Shown here piece by piece: positions 7,692-16,245 of a stretch of DNA of 23,525 nucleotides. Source of the DNA: a bacterium (GTDB lineage: Bacteria; SZUA-182; DTGQ01); contig JBFMGO010000096.1 in the NCBI GenBank assembly GCA_040752695.1, positions 1 to 23,525 of the forward strand, in the 5' to 3' direction. A model generated the notes under the pieces. The model saw only the letters and a list, made by a program, of their open reading frames with translations, searched no databases and was not told where the DNA came from. The first letter of the stretch is position 1. Every line of letters starts with the position of its first letter. Made by a program: the position numbers and the translations under genes.

Positions 7692-10600
7692 ATGATTCTG
7701 ACGCTGCAATCCAACCTGGATAAGCAAAAGTACTATGTGCTGGAATTTAAGAATTCCGCCGGGCTTGCCGAATCCGGTAAAATTCCCCGGTCATCTCAGT
7801 CATCTCCCGCACTGGACCCGCAGGTGCTGGACAGGATTTTCTGGTTATTCCAGGCCCGGCAGGTTTCCATCAGGAAGGGGCCGTTTATCGGCCCCAGGAG
7901 AGAAATGGTGACCCCCTGGTCCACCAATGCTGTGGAAATTTTAAGAAACACCGGGATATCGGGCATTATCCGAATTGAAGAATTCCGACTGTTCAGACCG
8001 CCTTCAGGGACTTCTCAAGGGGCTTCTCAAAGGGATGATGGGGGAGCACTCACGGCGGATGATGCCCTGGTGAATGTCTCAGGGGCTTCCGTGGCCGGTT
8101 TTCAGGCCGGTTTTCACCATATTCCCGGCTTTGATCCCATGCTTCAGGAAATGTATGCCGAGATCGACGATGAGCTGTTCGCTCCGCGCCGTCCTCCTGC
8201 GCCCATTCGGCAGATCAATGACATTGCAGCTTATAACAAGGCTGCTGGTCTGGCCTTTTCCGATCAGGAAATTGATTACCTGATTGCCTATACCCGCAAG
8301 ATTGGCCGTCCCCTGACCGATGCCGAACTGTTCGGCTTTGCCCAGGCCAATTCCGAGCACTGCCGCCATAAGATTTTCAAGGGGAAATACATTCTGGACG
8401 GCCAGCCCCAGAAGCTTTCTCTCTTTGACTGGATCCGCCAGACTTCCCTGCAGTATCCAGCCAATATTGTCAGTGCTTATACGGATAATGTAGCCTTTTT
8501 CAAGGGGCCCTGGATCGAGCAGTTTGCCCCTGATGAATCGGGCATATTCAGGGTACGGGAGATCGAATCCACCTTAAGCCTCAAGGCCGAAACCCATAAT
8601 TTCCCAACCACGGTCTGTGCCTTTCCCGGAGCAGCCACCGGTACCGGTGGTGAGATCCGGGACCGCATGGGAGGGGGTATCGGCTCTTTACCGGGCATCG
8701 GTACAGCCGGATACCTCACCTCGTATGCCCGCGTTTCCGGCCTTCCATGGGAGGAGGCACTGCCAGGCCGCGATTACCTTTATCAGGACCCGGCAACCAT
8801 ATTGATCCAGGCATCCAACGGTGCCTCGGACTATGGCAATAAATTCGGCCAGCCGCTGATTGCAGGCACAGTCAGCACCTTCGAGCACAGGGCCGCTGAG
8901 GTCTTCTGGGGTTTCGACAAGGTTATCATGCTGGCGGGAGGCACGGGTCAGGCCAACATTCAGCACAGCCGCAAGAAAATCCCTGCCAGGGGAGACCGGC
9001 TGATCCTGCTGGGCGGGGACAATTACCGGATCGGCATCGGCGGCGGCGCGGTCTCTTCGGTCAATACGGGAGAGATGGAAAAAAAGATCGAGCTCAACGC
9101 AGTCCAGCGGGCCAACCCCGAAATGCAGCAGCGGGTCTACCGGGTGATCCGTGCCCTGGCCGAGGATGCGGACCATAATCCCATCATTTCTCTGCACGAT
9201 CATGGTGCAGGAGGCCACTTCAACTGCTTCTCCGAGCTCCTTGAGCAGTGCGGAGGCGAGATCATCGTGGACCTTTTGCCTGTGGGCGATCCAACCCTTT
9301 CGGACCTCGAGATCATCGGCAACGAGTCTCAGGAGCGCATGGGGTTGATAGTCCCGGAAGCGGCTTTAGAGCGCATCCTTAAAATCGCCGAAAGGGAACG
9401 CTGTCCCTGCTATGTGGTCGGTACCTGTACGGGAGATGGCAGATTGGTTTTTCGCCGCGAGGGCGGCCGCCAGACATCGCCTGAGAGCAGCCGGATTCAG
9501 ACGGCAGGTGAGGGCGGGCAGATTCGGGGTGAGGGCAGCCAGACGCCGTCTGAGAGCAGCAACCGGCCTGAGGCTGAGGGCAGCCGGACCCTGGTGGCCG
9601 CCGGCAGCGTCCTGGATTCCCCGGTCGAAAACGGCCTGCCCCAGCCGGTCGATCCGGTTAATCTCGACCTGAAGTTTTTATTCGGTCATCCGCCCAAGAC
9701 CGAGACCAATGCCGGGTCTTTGGAGATGCGTTTTCCAAAGGTTTTTATCCCTGAAGCACCCATTGAAGAGCACCTTCTCCGCGTGCTGCGGCTGACCAAG
9801 GTGGCCAGCAAGGAGTGGCTGATCCACAAGGTGGACCGCTCCGTAACCGGACTGGTGGCCCAGCAGCAAACCGTAGGCCCCTGCCAGCTTCCCCTGGCTG
9901 ATGTGGCTGTCAAGGCACTGGATTATACGGGGGCGCATGGCGTTGCCCTGGGTATAGGAGATAATCCGGTTCCCGGTCTGGTCAGTCCCGAAGCAGGAAG
10001 CCGGCTGTCTGTGGGCGAGGCACTTTTGAATATCATCTGGGCACCTCTGGCCAAGGGGCTCGATTCGGTAGTCCTGAGCGCCAACTGGATGTGGCCGTAT
10101 AACCAGCCGGGAGAAAAGGCCAATCTCTACCGGGCGGTCCGTGCTTTGGGCGAACTCTGCCTGGGCCTTGGCATTGCTGTCCCTACGGGCAAGGATTCTC
10201 TTTCCATGTCCCAGCAATACCCTTCGGGTACGGTGGTCCGGTCGCCCGGCACCGTTATCGTCACCGCAGCCGGATGGTGCGACGACCTTGCACATATCGT
10301 TACCCCTGACTTGAAGCGGTCGGAAAAAACCGGACTGGCCTATATTCCCTTTCAGCCAAACCCCGAGGACCCTCTGGCCTGTCTGGGTACGGGCAGTCTG
10401 GCTCAATGTTATAATCAGTTGGGCGGAAGCGCCGAGCAGGTGCCGGACCTTCGCGATCCGAAACTCTTTAAAACCTGCTTTAACGCTATTCAATCCCTTC
10501 TGGGCCAGGGGCTGATTCTCGCCGGTCATGATGTTTCAGCAGGCGGCATTCTCACCGCCTTGTGCGAAATGGCCTTTGCCGGAAATTGCGGCCTCGAAAT

Positions 10601-11783
10601 CACCTTTCCCGATAACCTGTTTTTTTACGAGGGATTGGGTGTGCTCATTCAATACCCCCTCAAGGCGCAGGAGCGGATTCTGGCCCACTTCCCCAAGGAA
10701 GTGGAGTTTTACCCCATAGCGTATCCCGATTTCGATGACCTGACCATCCGGACCCAGAACGGGAGCCTGCGGGTTGAAATGGAGAAATTGAGAAGGATCT
10801 GGCAAACTACTTCCTTCGAAATGGAGCGGCTCCAGATGGAGCCGGCAGTGGCTGAGGAGGGGTTTATCCATTTTGGCACTCCGATGAAGGAATTTTCCTT
10901 CCCTGCCGGCTTTGATCCCATGCATTCCGGCCAGATGAACCAAGGCCAGATGAACGCCGGCCAGGCTGCCTCATCCTTCGATAGCTCCGGCCAGGCTGCC
11001 GCACCTCCATCAGTCCTTCGGGCTGCCATCATCAGGGAGAAGGGGACCAATGGGGACAGGGAAATGGCTTATGCACTGCATATGGCCGGGTTCGAGGTCC
11101 GGGACGTAACCACTACGGATATCACATCCGGCACAGAGCCCCTCACCGGCATTCACTTCATTGTCTTCTGCGGAGGGTTTTCCAATTCCGATGTTCTTGG
11201 CTCAGCCCGTGGATGGGCGGGTATCTTTCGGTATCATCAGACAGCCAGAAAAGTGTTGCAGGGCTTTTACGAAAGAGACGATACCCTTTCCCTGGGCATT
11301 TGCAACGGATGCCAGCTAATGACTCAGTTGAACCTGATTTACCCCTCATATGAGGAGGATAAACAGCCCCGGCTTTTACCCAACGAGTCACGGATATTCG
11401 AATCAAGGTTCCTGACCGTGGACATAGCGCAGTCTCCATCCATTCTGCTCCGCGGCCTGGAAGGCTCCAGCCTCGGCATCTGGGTGGCCCATGGAGAAGG
11501 GAGATTCTCCTTCGGCGGCAGCAGGGAAGATTACATCATCCCGGTTACGTATTCGGCCTCTCACTATCCGGCTAATCCGAACGGCTCGCAATTCGAAGCT
11601 GCGGCCGTCTGCTCTGCCGACGGACGACATCTGGCCATGATGCCACATCCTGAGCGAGCCCTTTTCCCCTGGCAATGGGGTTACTACCCGGCGGCAGATA
11701 AAAACCGGCACCTGGTCACGCCCTGGACAATGCTCTTTTCAAATGCCAGGGACTGGATTAGTGCAAAAACCGGCGGCAGGTGA
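7692..11783 (+). CDS. purL: Phosphoribosylformylglycinamidine synthase, large single-chain type
   Basis: Synthetase motifs ANSEHCRHKIF, KAETHNFPT, FPGAATGTGGEIRD, HDHGAGG, ESQERM, GKDSLSM. C-terminal glutaminase domain with GGFS, GICNGCQ, AHGEG, MMPHPER. Confidence 0.98.
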   Translation: MILTLQSNLDKQKYYVLEFKNSAGLAESGKIPRSSQSSPALDPQVLDRIFWLFQARQVSIRKGPFIGPRREMVTPWSTNAVEILRNTGISGIIRIEEFRLFRPPSGTSQGASQRDDGGALTADDALVNVSGASVAGFQAGFHHIPGFDPMLQEMYAEIDDELFAPRRPPAPIRQINDIAAYNKAAGLAFSDQEIDYLIAYTRKIGRPLTDAELFGFAQANSEHCRHKIFKGKYILDGQPQKLSLFDWIRQTSLQYPANIVSAYTDNVAFFKGPWIEQFAPDESGIFRVREIESTLSLKAETHNFPTTVCAFPGAATGTGGEIRDRMGGGIGSLPGIGTAGYLTSYARVSGLPWEEALPGRDYLYQDPATILIQASNGASDYGNKFGQPLIAGTVSTFEHRAAEVFWGFDKVIMLAGGTGQANIQHSRKKIPARGDRLILLGGDNYRIGIGGGAVSSVNTGEMEKKIELNAVQRANPEMQQRVYRVIRALAEDADHNPIISLHDHGAGGHFNCFSELLEQCGGEIIVDLLPVGDPTLSDLEIIGNESQERMGLIVPEAALERILKIAERERCPCYVVGTCTGDGRLVFRREGGRQTSPESSRIQTAGEGGQIRGEGSQTPSESSNRPEAEGSRTLVAAGSVLDSPVENGLPQPVDPVNLDLKFLFGHPPKTETNAGSLEMRFPKVFIPEAPIEEHLLRVLRLTKVASKEWLIHKVDRSVTGLVAQQQTVGPCQLPLADVAVKALDYTGAHGVALGIGDNPVPGLVSPEAGSRLSVGEALLNIIWAPLAKGLDSVVLSANWMWPYNQPGEKANLYRAVRALGELCLGLGIAVPTGKDSLSMSQQYPSGTVVRSPGTVIVTAAGWCDDLAHIVTPDLKRSEKTGLAYIPFQPNPEDPLACLGTGSLAQCYNQLGGSAEQVPDLRDPKLFKTCFNAIQSLLGQGLILAGHDVSAGGILTALCEMAFAGNCGLEITFPDNLFFYEGLGVLIQYPLKAQERILAHFPKEVEFYPIAYPDFDDLTIRTQNGSLRVEMEKLRRIWQTTSFEMERLQMEPAVAEEGFIHFGTPMKEFSFPAGFDPMHSGQMNQGQMNAGQAASSFDSSGQAAAPPSVLRAAIIREKGTNGDREMAYALHMAGFEVRDVTTTDITSGTEPLTGIHFIVFCGGFSNSDVLGSARGWAGIFRYHQTARKVLQGFYERDDTLSLGICNGCQLMTQLNLIYPSYEEDKQPRLLPNESRIFESRFLTVDIAQSPSILLRGLEGSSLGIWVAHGEGRFSFGGSREDYIIPVTYSASHYPANPNGSQFEAAAVCSADGRHLAMMPHPERALFPWQWGYYPAADKNRHLVTPWTMLFSNARDWISAKTGGR

Positions 11784-11847
11784 TAAAGCCGGTATGAGAA
11801 GACCGGTATGTGAAAACCGGCAGGTGAAAGCCGGTATGCGAAGATCG
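11766..11847. repeat. Degenerate 14-nt tandem repeat spanning the purL stop codon
   Basis: AAAGCCGGTATGAG / AAGACCGGTATGTG / AAAACCGGCAGGTG / AAAGCCGGTATGCG, seeded by AAAACCGGCGGCAGGTG at the end of purL. Confidence 0.8.
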
Positions 11848-11888
11848 AAAAATACTATAGTAATCTTAAAAAATGTTTGGAGGTTCTT

Positions 11889-12332
11889 ATGAGAAAAGCG
11901 ACTCCTTTACTTGCCTTGAGCCTGGTGCTCGTTATCGCTCTTTGTTCGTGTAATAGTTCCAAAAAGCCGGATGCTTCTGTTGATTCGGAGATGGGAAACG
12001 CTTCGGAGATGGAAAAGAAGCTGGTGGGGAAATGGAAATTTCTCAATACTGATGCCATTCAGGAGAAGGTTCCTGAAGATTTGACCTATACTTTGCATGC
12101 TGATCATACCTGCATGCTGGAATTCACTGGTGAAAAGAGCGAAAAGATGCAAATTCCCGGCACTTATAAGGTCGTAGAGGACCGGATTCAGTTTTTCAGG
12201 GATGGAAATCTCAGAAAAGTATTTCAGGTCCAGTTCCATGGCAATGACACCATCCGGTTTACTGAACCAAAAAGCAAAAATTCCCTGACCATGGCCAGAT
12301 CGACTGAGACGGCAGAGACAGGAGGGGAGTAG
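11889..12332 (+). CDS. Small lipoprotein with probable lipocalin-like beta domain
   Basis: GGAGG before ATG 11889. MRKATPLLALSLVLVIALCSC lipobox, LVGKW motif, GTY motif. Confidence 0.8.
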   Translation: MRKATPLLALSLVLVIALCSCNSSKKPDASVDSEMGNASEMEKKLVGKWKFLNTDAIQEKVPEDLTYTLHADHTCMLEFTGEKSEKMQIPGTYKVVEDRIQFFRDGNLRKVFQVQFHGNDTIRFTEPKSKNSLTMARSTETAETGGE

Positions 12333-12394
12333 CCTGCAAGGAGCCTGCAAGGAACATATAATGAACAGCGACTAAAGATACGGGGATGCTCTGC

Positions 12395-12832
12395 CTAAGA
12401 TGGGGAACGGCTCTTGAATGGATTCACAATTTTTACTCTCTGAATTCTGTGTCCGTCTTGTAAATCTTCTGAATATATAATACTACAATTTGCTTTTTTT
12501 GCTGCCGCAATAATCATGGAATCATAAAAAGAATACCCCGTTTCTGATTGAATATCTAAACCGAGTTCATACAGGTCAGAGTCAGGATAAACTTCACAGA
12601 GGGGAAATAAAACTTTTTGTAAGTATATCCTGCAATCTTGAATAGACAAAGGTCTTTCAAATTTCCGGGTTGCCACGTTAAGAAATTCCTGGATTGCCTG
12701 GGTCCCGATACAGCCATTCTTACTATTCAGAGCTTCGCTGATCAATTGCTTTGCTCTTTGTGCCTTATCCCTGTCGGTTACATCAAAGGAATAAATAATA
12801 ATATTCGTATCCAGAAAAAATCTATCTTTCAT
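12395..12832 (-). CDS. PIN-domain (VapC-like) toxin
   Basis: FLDTNIIIY, QE, YDSMIIAAA and YSEDLQ PIN motifs. Overlaps the upstream small gene. Confidence 0.95.
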   Translation of the reverse strand: MKDRFFLDTNIIIYSFDVTDRDKAQRAKQLISEALNSKNGCIGTQAIQEFLNVATRKFERPLSIQDCRIYLQKVLFPLCEVYPDSDLYELGLDIQSETGYSFYDSMIIAAAKKANCSIIYSEDLQDGHRIQRVKIVNPFKSRSPS

Positions 12833-13043
12833 TCAGTTCGTCCCGGGTAAATTTTTTTCCTGGTTGGGCGTAAACCAGTCGTTCCATCAGTGCCTGATAG
12901 TCTTCTATAATGTTTTCCTCTCCTGCATACCTTTTAAGCCATTCCTGAAAGACCGTGTTCAATGACTTATGCTCTTTCCTGGCAACTTCTCTGGCCTTTT
13001 GAATTAAATGTTCATCCGTACTAAAAGTTATATTTTTTAACAT
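12822..13043 (-). CDS. Antitoxin (ribbon-helix-helix type) of the PIN toxin
   Basis: 73 aa. KNITFSTDEHLIQKAR…SLN RHH-like N-terminus and FTRDELNER C-terminus. GAGGAG RBS. Overlaps the toxin start. Confidence 0.9.
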   Translation of the reverse strand: MLKNITFSTDEHLIQKAREVARKEHKSLNTVFQEWLKRYAGEENIIEDYQALMERLVYAQPGKKFTRDELNER

Positions 13044-13075
13044 GTTTGTCTCCTCATATCATTTTACGTAAATAG

Positions 13076-13105
13076 AGTTTACACGATGGTCGTGTAAACT
13101 GTCAA
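13076..13105 (-). promoter_or_regulatory. TA operon promoter with overlapping palindromic operator
   Basis: TTGACA-18 nt-TAAACT on the minus strand. The perfect 11-bp inverted repeat AGTTTACACGA-tgg-TCGTGTAAACT (13076-13100) covers the spacer and -10. Confidence 0.75.
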
Positions 13106-13483
13106 GCCTTTCTTCTTCGCTCATACAGGAATCTGAGAAATTTTAGAAGGTATGTTGTCCAATGCGTATGAGCCATTATTTTTCATATTCATACTGCTGT
13201 GTTCTTGCTGGTTTTTAACAATCAATCAAAATTATGAATAAAAAATTCATCTGTGGCTTCTATGGTCAAAGGGAAAATGTCGTTACTCTACACACTATAG
13301 TATTCATAAAGGTGAAAAAATTGGCCGAAAAATATATGCAGTAAGATTCCAAAAAACCTATTCACATTAAGCCTGTCTTGTGGTATAAATATACATATCT
13401 AACCCCCAAAATACTCCCCAGGCAGACAAAGACCCCAGAGGTATACATATCCTTGGTACCCCTGAGAAGGAGAAAATCAAAAG

Positions 13484-14296
13484 ATGATCATCGATGTTCA
13501 CACTCACGCTTTTCCGGACCATATTGCTTCGATTGCCATAGAAAAGCTGGAAGCAATGTCCAAGGTCAAATCCTATCTTAAGGGAACAACTGCCGATCTG
13601 CTTCTGTCTATGGACGCAGCGGGTATAGATGCCAGCGTTGTGGCCTGCATAGCCACATCTCCTGCTCAGTTCAAATCCATTCTGGAATGGTGCCAGAGCA
13701 TAGCCAGCATCCGCCTTATCCCTCTCCCCTCAGTTCATCCTGATTCTCCGGATGCAGGAGGAGAAATCCGGAAAATCAGGGAAGCGGGATTTATCGGTAT
13801 CAAGCTCCATGCCGAATTTCAATCCTTTTATATTGATGAGGATCGGATGTATCCTATCTATCGGGCGGCTGCCGACAATGATCTGCTGGTTCTGTTTCAT
13901 TGCGGTTACGATATCAGTTTTCCCGACTCCGACCGGAGCAGTCCGGCCAGGCTGGCCCGGATCCACAGGGATTTCCCGGGATTGGAGATTATAGCCTCCC
14001 ATCTGGGTGGATGGCGGCAATGGGAAGGGGTGATTCAACATCTTGTCGGGAAAGATGTTTATCTTGATACCAGTTATACCATAGGCTATATCGATAAGGA
14101 TTCACTGCGGACGATTCTGACCTACCATCCTCCGAACCGGATTCTTTTTGGTACGGATTCCCCCTGGAAAGATCAGCAGGAAGGAATCAGGCTGATCAAT
14201 TCGCTGGATATCTCCACTGCCTTCAAAGCGTGCATTCTGGGCCAGAATGCCAGGGAATTGCTCCAGAATAGGCGCGCTCTCAGTTTCCTCTCATAG
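13484..14296 (+). CDS. Metal-dependent amidohydrolase (TIM-barrel, Amidohydro_2-like)
   Basis: IIDVHTH, GIKLH, FHCG, SHLGG, DTS and LFGTDSPW motifs. AAGGAG RBS. Confidence 0.93.
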   Translation: MIIDVHTHAFPDHIASIAIEKLEAMSKVKSYLKGTTADLLLSMDAAGIDASVVACIATSPAQFKSILEWCQSIASIRLIPLPSVHPDSPDAGGEIRKIREAGFIGIKLHAEFQSFYIDEDRMYPIYRAAADNDLLVLFHCGYDISFPDSDRSSPARLARIHRDFPGLEIIASHLGGWRQWEGVIQHLVGKDVYLDTSYTIGYIDKDSLRTILTYHPPNRILFGTDSPWKDQQEGIRLINSLDISTAFKACILGQNARELLQNRRALSFLS

Positions 14297-14444
14297 ACCG
14301 TCGTGTAAACTCGTCATTCGATATATCCTCCGGTTAACCCTGAGTGGTTTTGGGCTGGTTTCCTGCCAGCCCTCGTATTTGCAGGCTATCCCCCCCACAA
14401 CAAGGACACATACGTTGTCCCGGCAGTGAGCTTGACACCTTCAT

Positions 14445-14640
14445 GATCCCTTCATCCCGTAGAACCTGCATACCGTACACACTGCTCATTTCTCCCTCAC
14501 ATCCCGCACTACCCATCGCACATGCCGTACACATTCCCTCCCGCACAACCCGAACTCTCCACTATGTATTCCACGCCTTCCACGCATCCCGCTCATCCCT
14601 CCCGCACATCCAGCACTCTCCATCGCGCATCCCGCAGAAA
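14445..14640. repeat. C/A-rich degenerate short-period repeat tract (CATCCCGCA-like)
   Basis: Recurrent CATCCCGCA, CCTCCCGCAC, CATCCAGCAC and CATCGCAC, with strong G depletion on the + strand. Confidence 0.6.
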
Positions 14641-14701
14641 CAGCCGTCTGACCCGGTATCTGCGGGAAATGGAAGTTCCTGTTTTAAAATTGATTGTATT
14701 A

Positions 14702-14730
14702 TTGACATCAATCAAGCAGTGTGCTAAATT
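14702..14730 (+). promoter_or_regulatory. Sigma70 promoter of the NtrC-like regulator
   Basis: TTGACA-17 nt-TAAATT with TG extension, 28 nt before the ATG. Confidence 0.65.
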
Positions 14731-14758
14731 GGGGATAATTAACTAAAGGGGGATAAAG

Positions 14759-16099
14759 ATGGACAATATTCTTATTATTGAAGATCATCAAAATACTCGG
14801 CAGGGTTTAACTTCTCTTTTAAGGAATTCGGGATATCAGGTAGACGAGGCATGTAACGGTTTTGAAGCTGAAGCCATGATCACAGGAACACCGTACGACC
14901 TGGTTCTGGTTGACTTGCTTCTACCATACATGAACGGATTGGAGATCCTGAAAAAAGTCAAAGAGATATCTCCTAACACAGAGGTAATCGTCATCACTGG
15001 AAACGAATCAATTGACAGTGCAATAAACTCTATGAAACTGGGAGCTTACGATTACCTGTTGAAGCCTTTCGAGCCCCAAAAAATTATTGATACTGTACAC
15101 CACGCCATTGAGCGAAAAAATTTCATGACCCGTCCTCCCTGTGAGCCCCTGTCAGGCACACCTTCTCTGGTCGGGAGATCGAGACAAATGGTTGAAATTT
15201 TTAAACTTCTGGCCAGAATCTCAGATGTCGAAAGCCCTATATTGATTGTTGGCGAAGATGGAACCGGCAAAAAGACCCTTGCTCAAACTATACATCAGAA
15301 TAGTCCCTGGCGGGCCTTCCCTTTTATTTCTCTCAACTGCTCAACGATTCCAGGTAACTTGTCCGAAGAGCAGACATTCCGATATTTGAAGGAAAAGGTG
15401 CAGGAGGAGACAGAAAAGGTCAATGGCGAGAAGGTAAGTTGTACCCTCTACTTGAGGAATATTGATAAGGCTACGCCTTCTGTTCAATCGAGTCTGCTTT
15501 TCTTCCTGGATGCCGCTTCCCGGGCAGATGACGATCAGGATATGCAGCTTTCCGCAAATATCCGGCTGATCGCTTCGATCAAAAAAAATATTAAAGGCAT
15601 GATTGAGTGCAAATCATTCCGTCAGGATTTATTTTTTCGTATCAATGGCCTGCCTATTTACCTCCCCCCCTTAAGGGAGAGAAAAGTCGATATTCCCCTT
15701 TTGGCTAATCATTTCTTAAGCAGATATGCCATTTCTCCGATGAAATCACTCTGTCCTGATGTGCTGTCTCGATTTACGAGATATAATTGGCCCGGTAATG
15801 TTCAGGAGATCAAGAATGTCATCGAGTATGCAGTCCTCATGTCGAGTCAGAGCCAAATTACCCTGGAAGATCTGCCCAGTTACCTGAGAGAGATTGATTC
15901 TCCCTTCCCGCAGGCTGTTCAGGAAAAGGACCTTACGCTCAAGGAACTGGAAAAGCTCTATATCTTAAAAAAGCTGGAGGTTAACTGCTGGGATCAGAAA
16001 AAAACAGCCAGGAATCTTGGAATTGGAAGAACAACCCTGTGGAGAAGATTGAAGGAATACGGAACTGATGTTCCATCCTTGCGAAAAGCCGTCGATTGA
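14759..16099 (+). CDS. NtrC/Fis-family response regulator (REC-AAA+-HTH) with degenerate AAA+ domain
   Basis: REC domain (IED, VDLLLP, ITG, KP), GEDGTGK, FRQDLFFRI, LPPLRER, WPGNVQEI, and Fis HTH LGIGRTTLWRRLKEY. GAFTGA and Walker B DE are absent. Confidence 0.93.
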   Translation: MDNILIIEDHQNTRQGLTSLLRNSGYQVDEACNGFEAEAMITGTPYDLVLVDLLLPYMNGLEILKKVKEISPNTEVIVITGNESIDSAINSMKLGAYDYLLKPFEPQKIIDTVHHAIERKNFMTRPPCEPLSGTPSLVGRSRQMVEIFKLLARISDVESPILIVGEDGTGKKTLAQTIHQNSPWRAFPFISLNCSTIPGNLSEEQTFRYLKEKVQEETEKVNGEKVSCTLYLRNIDKATPSVQSSLLFFLDAASRADDDQDMQLSANIRLIASIKKNIKGMIECKSFRQDLFFRINGLPIYLPPLRERKVDIPLLANHFLSRYAISPMKSLCPDVLSRFTRYNWPGNVQEIKNVIEYAVLMSSQSQITLEDLPSYLREIDSPFPQAVQEKDLTLKELEKLYILKKLEVNCWDQKKTARNLGIGRTTLWRRLKEYGTDVPSLRKAVD

Positions 16100-16151
16100 T
16101 CAAAGACGCAATTCGGCAGCGGGTAAGCAGCGCAAAAGGGAACTCTTTTGA

Positions 16152-16222
16152 GACAGGATAACAGAATTGGTAAGAAAGCTTTATGCTTCAATATGGCTTT
16201 TTGTGTATTTTGTTATCCTGTC
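16152..16222. terminator. Inverted repeat between convergent genes (REP-like or bidirectional terminator)
   Basis: GACAGGATAACAGAAT … ATTTTGTTATCCTGTC, 15/16 complementary, 39-nt loop. Confidence 0.55.
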
Positions 16223-16245
16223 GACTGTTTTTACTGAAAATACAC

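Noticed and set aside
9458..9650. Intein in PurL
   Set aside because: It is too short, has no C/S start with HN-C/S/T end, and is composed of tandem repeats.
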